From the NCBI GenBank assembly GCA_041744215.1, contig JBGTLG010000004.1, positions 32,001-96,000 on the forward strand: a stretch of DNA of 64,000 nucleotides, in the 5' to 3' direction. The notes beneath the pieces are model-generated. The model saw only the letters and a list, made by a program, of their open reading frames with translations. It was not told the origin of the DNA and searched no databases. This DNA is from Fimbriimonadales bacterium (lineage in GTDB: Bacteria; Armatimonadota; Fimbriimonadia; Fimbriimonadales; ATM1). Numbering within the stretch: position 1 is the first letter of the stretch; every line of letters starts with the position of its first letter. The translations under genes were made by a program, and so were the position numbers. This document shows positions 58,783 through 64,000 of the stretch, in pieces.

Positions 58783-58799
58783 AGCAAGAACCGTACCAA
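58783..58799 (-). promoter_or_regulatory. Sigma54 (-24/-12) promoter
   Basis: Minus strand TTGGTACGGTTCTTGCT matches YTGGYACG-N4-TTGCW with exact GG-N10-GC spacing. Confidence 0.7.
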
Positions 58800-58984
58800 T
58801 ACCGGTCGCCCGCTCAATCCGGGCTTTTTGCTATGTTCGAATTGCGTGCAATCCCGCAATGTCGCGAGATCCGATCGCCCCTTAACATCCCGTTAGCACT
58901 CCCCTGACACAATGGCGAAACCTAACCTGAGTGCTAAACTGGGCTGCACAATTCAAGCCCAATCGGGCACTCGGAGGAACACAC

Positions 58985-60106
58985 TTGGGCACAGCCTATA
59001 CACCTGGATTAACAGTCAGCGAAGACCAAATCGTCAGCAAGATCCGCCGCCTGCCGTTGAAAGGGCAGGTCCTGGTTCAAGAAGGCGACTCCGTCAACCC
59101 CGACACGCCGGTCGCGCGAACAGAGCTTCCAGGGATGCTCCAAACCGTAAAGGTAGCCGAAAAGTTGGGCGTCGAAACCAAGGAGGTCCACGGTCTGCTG
59201 AAGGTGTCGATCGGCGACAAGGTTAAGGTCGGCGACGTACTCGCTGAGTCGAAGGGGCTCTTTGGGCTGTTCAAAGGTACGGCCACGTCAGATTACGAAG
59301 GGACGGTTGAGGCGCTCTCAGAGGTGACCGGTAACCTGCTCGTTCGTGAAGCGCCGATTCCCGTCGAGATAACCGCCTACCTCACCGGAAAAGTCACCGA
59401 CATTTTGCCCGAAGAGGGCGCAATCATCGAGACAAGGGGAGCAATTGTCCAAGGCATCTTTGGTATCGGCGGAGAACGCTTCGGTGAGATCAGAGTCGCA
59501 GTAAACAACGCGGCTGAAACACTTGACAAACACCACATCAGGCCAGAAGATGCTGGGAAGATTCTTATAGGTGGAAGCGGCGTCACGCTGGAAGCAGTGA
59601 AGGAAGCCGAAAAAGTCGGAGTCGTCGGCTTGGTGGCTGGAGCCGTCAGAGATGTAGACATTACTACCTACCTCGGCTACGACATTGGCGTGGCCATAAC
59701 TGGCCAAGAGCAGATTCCATTGACGGTCATCGCCACCGAAGGCTTTGGCAATCTTGCAATGGCGGGCCGAACTTTCGAACTCTTCAACTCCATATCGGGC
59801 AGGAAAGCCAGCATAAACGGGGCAACGCAAATCCGAGCGGGAGTTATCCGCCCTGAGGTCATCGTTCCCAACGAACACGCGCCGTCCGGCACGCCGAAAG
59901 TGGATAGCGCGACGAGTCTTGATAAGGGCACACCGATTCGTGTGATCCGCGAACCCTACTTCGGTCAGCTCGGAGAAGTCGTAGAATTGCCGCCGGAGCT
60001 TCAAGTTGTTGAATCCGGCACAGAAGTTCGAGTTCTGAAGGCGAAACTCGCAGACGGAACTGTCGTAACAGTCCCACGCGCAAACGTAGAAATAATCGCA
60101 ACCTGA
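58985..60106 (+). CDS. Conserved hypothetical protein with lipoyl/biotinyl-like hairpin repeats and KOW-like C-terminus
   Basis: AYTPGL...RRLPLKG.VLV.EGD.V; second KVGD.LA repeat; C-terminal IREPYFG...VPRANVE; GGAGGA RBS before TTG 58985. Confidence 0.75.
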   Translation: MGTAYTPGLTVSEDQIVSKIRRLPLKGQVLVQEGDSVNPDTPVARTELPGMLQTVKVAEKLGVETKEVHGLLKVSIGDKVKVGDVLAESKGLFGLFKGTATSDYEGTVEALSEVTGNLLVREAPIPVEITAYLTGKVTDILPEEGAIIETRGAIVQGIFGIGGERFGEIRVAVNNAAETLDKHHIRPEDAGKILIGGSGVTLEAVKEAEKVGVVGLVAGAVRDVDITTYLGYDIGVAITGQEQIPLTVIATEGFGNLAMAGRTFELFNSISGRKASINGATQIRAGVIRPEVIVPNEHAPSGTPKVDSATSLDKGTPIRVIREPYFGQLGEVVELPPELQVVESGTEVRVLKAKLADGTVVTVPRANVEIIAT

Positions 60107-60116
60107 CGGAGAACAG

Positions 60117-60785
60117 ATGAAGATACTGATAGTTGAAGACGAACCCAGCCTGCTGGAAACCATCGCCAGACAACTGTCAAAAGACGGCCACACCGTGGTC
60201 ACCAGCCAAACTGCCGAAGATGCCATTAAGCAGTTTCGGCTCCAACGACCAGATCTCATTGTCCTCGATGTGATGTTGCCTGGCAGAAGCGGCTTCGAAC
60301 TGTCCCGAGTGATCCGCGAGGAAAGCAAAGTGGCGATCCTCTTCCTATCTGCGAGGGCGAGTGAAAGCGATCGGCTGCAAGGATTTGAGGTCGGTGGCGA
60401 CGACTACCTGACCAAGCCGTTCAATCTAGCCGAACTTTCAGCAAGGGTTCGCGCAATTCTGCGTCGATCGATCCCTGCATCAGACGCAAAGCCAATCAGC
60501 GTCGGCTCCCTGAAAGTCGATCCAGACCGACACGAAGCTTGGGTGCGAGAAAGTCGACTGGAGTTAAAGCCGAAGGAGTTCGCCCTTCTCTATTTCCTGG
60601 CTTCAAATCCAGGGAAGGTGTTTACCCGAGACGCGCTCCTCGACCGAGTCTGGGGACCCGACGCATACGTAACTCCGCGCACAATCGACGTCCATGTCAG
60701 TTGGCTGCGTAAACAAATCGAAGCGGGCAATGGTGAATCTCCTCGAATCGTAACTGTGCGCGGAATCGGCTATAAATTCGTTTAA
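60117..60785 (+). CDS. OmpR/PhoB-family response regulator
   Basis: IVEDE, VLDVMLP (phospho-Asp), YLTKPF, winged HTH with TVRGIGY. Confidence 0.95.
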   Translation: MKILIVEDEPSLLETIARQLSKDGHTVVTSQTAEDAIKQFRLQRPDLIVLDVMLPGRSGFELSRVIREESKVAILFLSARASESDRLQGFEVGGDDYLTKPFNLAELSARVRAILRRSIPASDAKPISVGSLKVDPDRHEAWVRESRLELKPKEFALLYFLASNPGKVFTRDALLDRVWGPDAYVTPRTIDVHVSWLRKQIEAGNGESPRIVTVRGIGYKFV

Positions 60786-60837
60786 CCGCTTGCTCGTATG
60801 CCCAAATAAGGCTCACTGCAAAATGACGCTATTGCGG

Positions 60838-61344
60838 TCACATTCCGAAATTTAGGTTGGCCATATCGATGTCCCCGAAACTCTCCACAAGCCACTTCTC
60901 TTCCGGAATCACAAACAGCCGTCGGTGAACCTCTTTCCTGAATCGGATCTCGACCGGACCATTGAATGAAAACGGAAACGGAGAGCCCACCGCAGCATTG
61001 ACATGTGCCGTCACAATGCCGGTCTCGCCGCGAACTTCTGGCCGTAAATCGGTTATCTCTAATCTCTCAATCTGCGCTTGACGAATCCAGCGGCTGAACT
61101 CTGCAAGCTGATTTGACGCAGCCTCGTCGTACGGGGCTGGCAACCGAAAACTGCGCGACATATGTTCAAGAACTCCGCCGGCTTGCCCTTTCAAACTTGC
61201 CTCGCGCATCTCCAAAACTGCGGCGTGCATTTGCTCAGTAGGATCCGGCTTCATAGCAACCTGAATCACGTTGACAATTAGAATCACGACGATCCCGAAA
61301 ATCACAAAGCCAACGGCATAACCCCAAGTTGGAATCTGCTTCAT
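60838..61344 (-). CDS. Hypothetical membrane-anchored protein (possible NTF2-like fold)
   Basis: N-terminal TM helix; ATGA overlap with ribF. Confidence 0.65.
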   Translation of the reverse strand: MKQIPTWGYAVGFVIFGIVVILIVNVIQVAMKPDPTEQMHAAVLEMREASLKGQAGGVLEHMSRSFRLPAPYDEAASNQLAEFSRWIRQAQIERLEITDLRPEVRGETGIVTAHVNAAVGSPFPFSFNGPVEIRFRKEVHRRLFVIPEEKWLVESFGDIDMANLNFGM

Positions 61345-62261
61345 CGGACAACACCTAGCTTCTGCTTGATCATCTCAACATCTCGATGCATCTGCTCGAC
61401 CAGCGCCTCAACCGAGTCGAAGCGCACTTCGTCACGAACGCGCTCCGTGAATGAAAGCGTCACATCGCAACCATATATCTCAACGTCTGGAAAGTCAATA
61501 AGGTGCGCCTCGATAGCAAATCCTGCGCCCTCCACCGTTGGCCGATCCCCAACGGAGATTGCAGCTTTGAACTCGCCAAGCTCAGTTTTTGCCCAGCCAG
61601 CGTAAATGCCGTGGGCAGGAAGAATCTGATCCGACACAGGAGCAAGATTGATCGTAGGCATACCCAGCTGTCGCGCCAAGCCATTCCCGCGAACTACGAC
61701 CCCGGCAAGGACAAACGAGGCACCCAGCAGGGAGTCTGCGGTACCGACGTCGCCGTTCCGAATCGCATTCCGAATCTCCGTCGAACTCACCCTTCTTCCG
61801 TTGTGCTCAATCGGCGACAGTATCTCCGTCGGTATCCGAGCGCGCAAAAACTCTACGTCGCCGCCGCGATCCCTGCCAAATGCGAAGTCGTGCCCGACAA
61901 ACACCGACGCCGCACGCAGCTTTGCCTTCAGAACATCGCTAACGAAACTCTCTGCGTCGATCACAGCAAACTCGCGATCGAATCTTGCCACCACCAAAAC
62001 ATCCACCCCGCAACCCTCGATCTTCGCCAACTTCGCAGACAGCGGCAACACGGTCTTGGGCGCAGACTCTGGCCGCAACACAGACATCGGGTGGCGATCA
62101 AAGGTAAGGGCAACGCATGGCCGACCACTCTCACGAGCGTCCAGCGTCGATGCTCGAATCAGCGCCTGATGACCCAGATGAACGCCGTCAAAAACTCCGA
62201 TGCAAACAGTCGATTCCCTCCATCCAGCGGAAAGAGACTCAAGCCCGAAGACGGTAAGCAT
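61341..62261 (-). CDS. ribF: Bifunctional riboflavin kinase / FAD synthetase
   Basis: IGVFDGVHLGHQ, TFDRHP, VGHDF.FG, VSSTEIR, G.PT.N, IEAH. Confidence 0.96.
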   Translation of the reverse strand: MLTVFGLESLSAGWRESTVCIGVFDGVHLGHQALIRASTLDARESGRPCVALTFDRHPMSVLRPESAPKTVLPLSAKLAKIEGCGVDVLVVARFDREFAVIDAESFVSDVLKAKLRAASVFVGHDFAFGRDRGGDVEFLRARIPTEILSPIEHNGRRVSSTEIRNAIRNGDVGTADSLLGASFVLAGVVVRGNGLARQLGMPTINLAPVSDQILPAHGIYAGWAKTELGEFKAAISVGDRPTVEGAGFAIEAHLIDFPDVEIYGCDVTLSFTERVRDEVRFDSVEALVEQMHRDVEMIKQKLGVVR

Positions 62262-62273
62262 GCGATCGAAAGT

Positions 62274-64000
62274 CTACCTTCGTGCGGCGGCTTTGCGAGC
62301 CCGAGCGGCCTTCCCGTTGCTGCTCGGCAAGGCCGACAACACAGCTTTCAAAAACTGCCCCGTAAAACTCTTAGAGCATGCCGCAACGGACTCTGGCGGC
62401 CCGGCGACAACGACCTCGCCACCGCGATCTCCCCCGTCCGGTCCCAGATCAACAATCCAATCCGCGGTCTTGATGACGTCCATGTTGTGCTCAATGACAA
62501 CAACAGTATTCCCCTGGTCTACCAATCGATGCAACACACCAAGCAGTTTCCGGATGTCTTCGAAATGCAACCCCGTCGTCGGCTCATCCAGAATGTAAAG
62601 CGTTGCGCCGGTAGATCGCTTGCTCAGTTCTGCCGCCAGCTTGATGCGCTGCGCCTCTCCACCAGAAAGAGTGGTTGCGGGCTGTCCCATTCGGATGTAT
62701 CCAAGCCCAACGTCTTCCAACGTTTGCAGTTTGCGATGGATCTTCGGAATCGCGGAAAAAAACTCGAGCGCTTCCGATAGCGTCATGTCCAAAACTTCGC
62801 TGATGTTCTTGCCTTTGTAGCGAATCTCCAAACTCTCTCGATTGTATCGCTTCCCCTTGCACACTTCGCAAGGAACATATACGTCGGGCAAAAACACCAT
62901 CTCAATCTTGATGATCCCATCGCCCTTGCACGCCTCGCAACGTCCCCCCTTTACGTTGAAAGAAAACCGCCCAGCCTTGTACCCACGCATCTTGGCATCA
63001 GGCGTCATCGCGAACAAATCGCGAATCATGTCGAAAGTTCCGGTATACGTTGCAGGGTTGCTCCTCGGCGTCCTGCCAATCGGCGACTGATCGATGTCGA
63101 TCACCTTATCGATCTCATCCATTCCACGAATCTTCTTGTGCGGCTGCCAAACTCCGCGCGTCCCGTGAATCTCATACATCAATCGCGGAAACAGCGTGTC
63201 TTGAATCAATGTCGATTTCCCAGACCCAGAAACACCTGTGATGCAAACAAACATCCCAAGCGGAATCTCAACGTCGATGCCCTTCAAGTTGTTTCCGCTC
63301 GCGCCTTCCACCACCAACTTCCGACCGTCGCCGACGCGTCTCTCGTTTGGCGGCAAAACAACCTTCTTCCCGGTCAAATACTGTGCTGTCAAAGAGCCCG
63401 ATTTCAAAAACTGCGCGTAAGTGCCCTGTGCGACCACCTCGCCCCCATGCTCACCTGCGCCGGGCCCCAAGTCGATCACCCAATCCGAAGCGCGCATGGT
63501 CTCCTCATCGTGTTCGACGACAATCACAGTGTTTCCCAAATCGCGCAATCGCAAAAGCGTTTGAATCAATCGCGCATTGTCTCGCTGATGCAGTCCGATG
63601 CTTGGCTCGTCGAGAATGTAAAGAACTCCCATCAGCCCCGAACCAATCTGCGTCGCAAGCCGGATCCGTTGCGCTTCGCCGCCAGCCAGCGTCCGCGCAT
63701 TCCTGCTCAATGTCAAGTATCCCAATCCGACATCGCGCAAAAAACCCAGCCGAGATGCGATCTCCTTAACCGCGCGCTCAGCGATCTTTCGCTGCCGCGA
63801 CGTCAACCGCTTCGGCAAAGTCTCAAAAAACTGGGAGGCCTCCTCGATGTTCATCTCGGATACATGCGAAATGTTCTTGTCAGCCAAAGTCACAGCGAGC
63901 GTCGCATCCTTTAGCCGCGCACCCTTGCATCGCGGGCAAGGATTTGTCGACATGTATTGCTCCAAGTCCTGCTTGACCCACTCGCTCTCCGTCGAGCGAT
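62274..64000 (-). CDS. uvrA: Excinuclease ABC subunit A (5'-truncated by window edge)
   Basis: [50 protein letters not shown] zinc finger; frame open to window end. Confidence 0.98.
   Translation of the reverse strand, partial: RSTESEWVKQDLEQYMSTNPCPRCKGARLKDATLAVTLADKNISHVSEMNIEEASQFFETLPKRLTSRQRKIAERAVKEIASRLGFLRDVGLGYLTLSRNARTLAGGEAQRIRLATQIGSGLMGVLYILDEPSIGLHQRDNARLIQTLLRLRDLGNTVIVVEHDEETMRASDWVIDLGPGAGEHGGEVVAQGTYAQFLKSGSLTAQYLTGKKVVLPPNERRVGDGRKLVVEGASGNNLKGIDVEIPLGMFVCITGVSGSGKSTLIQDTLFPRLMYEIHGTRGVWQPHKKIRGMDEIDKVIDIDQSPIGRTPRSNPATYTGTFDMIRDLFAMTPDAKMRGYKAGRFSFNVKGGRCEACKGDGIIKIEMVFLPDVYVPCEVCKGKRYNRESLEIRYKGKNISEVLDMTLSEALEFFSAIPKIHRKLQTLEDVGLGYIRMGQPATTLSGGEAQRIKLAAELSKRSTGATLYILDEPTTGLHFEDIRKLLGVLHRLVDQGNTVVVIEHNMDVIKTADWIVDLGPDGGDRGGEVVVAGPPESVAACSKSFTGQFLKAVLSALPSSNGKAARARKAAARR

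Noticed and set aside
61503-62780. 425-aa plus-strand ORF, and other long antisense ORFs (e.g. 59318-60328, 63138-63914, 6968-7699, 2402-3115)
   Set aside because: Shadow frames opposite well-supported genes (ribF, uvrA, araH and others), with no recognisable motifs

Overview
Gene-dense, moderately GC-rich bacterial chromosome segment with no prophage, IS element, integrase or CRISPR array visible. The gene repertoire (DUF1559-type prepilin protein, secreted proteins sharing a C-terminal domain, many apparently leaderless genes) suggests Armatimonadota/Fimbriimonadia, which is an inference. It carries about 55 CDS and three tRNAs (fMet, Pro-UGG, Leu-UAG). Main blocks: pfkB-ldcA-NAGPA-like, glpX, a thermitase-like protease, araFGH, mscL, a GH20 hexosaminidase, nrdR-nrdJ with tandem NrdR boxes, a membrane class III cyclase-mscS-DprE2/DprE1-like-speE run, a partial complex I operon (nuoG-H-J-K-L-M-[URO-D-like]-N), several peptidases, araB, ribF and partial uvrA. 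Best leads: (1) a degenerate URO-D-fold gene coupled between nuoM and nuoN; (2) a candidate sigma54-driven structured sRNA at about 58636-58772, beside two perfect CIRCE half-sites with a 27-nt spacer; (3) a shared 154-aa C-terminal domain on two unrelated secreted proteins, a candidate sorting/anchoring module; (4) a membrane class III cyclase with non-canonical catalytic residues; (5) an 11-bp-periodic GTGG array upstream of nrdR-nrdJ. All product calls come from motif recognition only; no searches were run.
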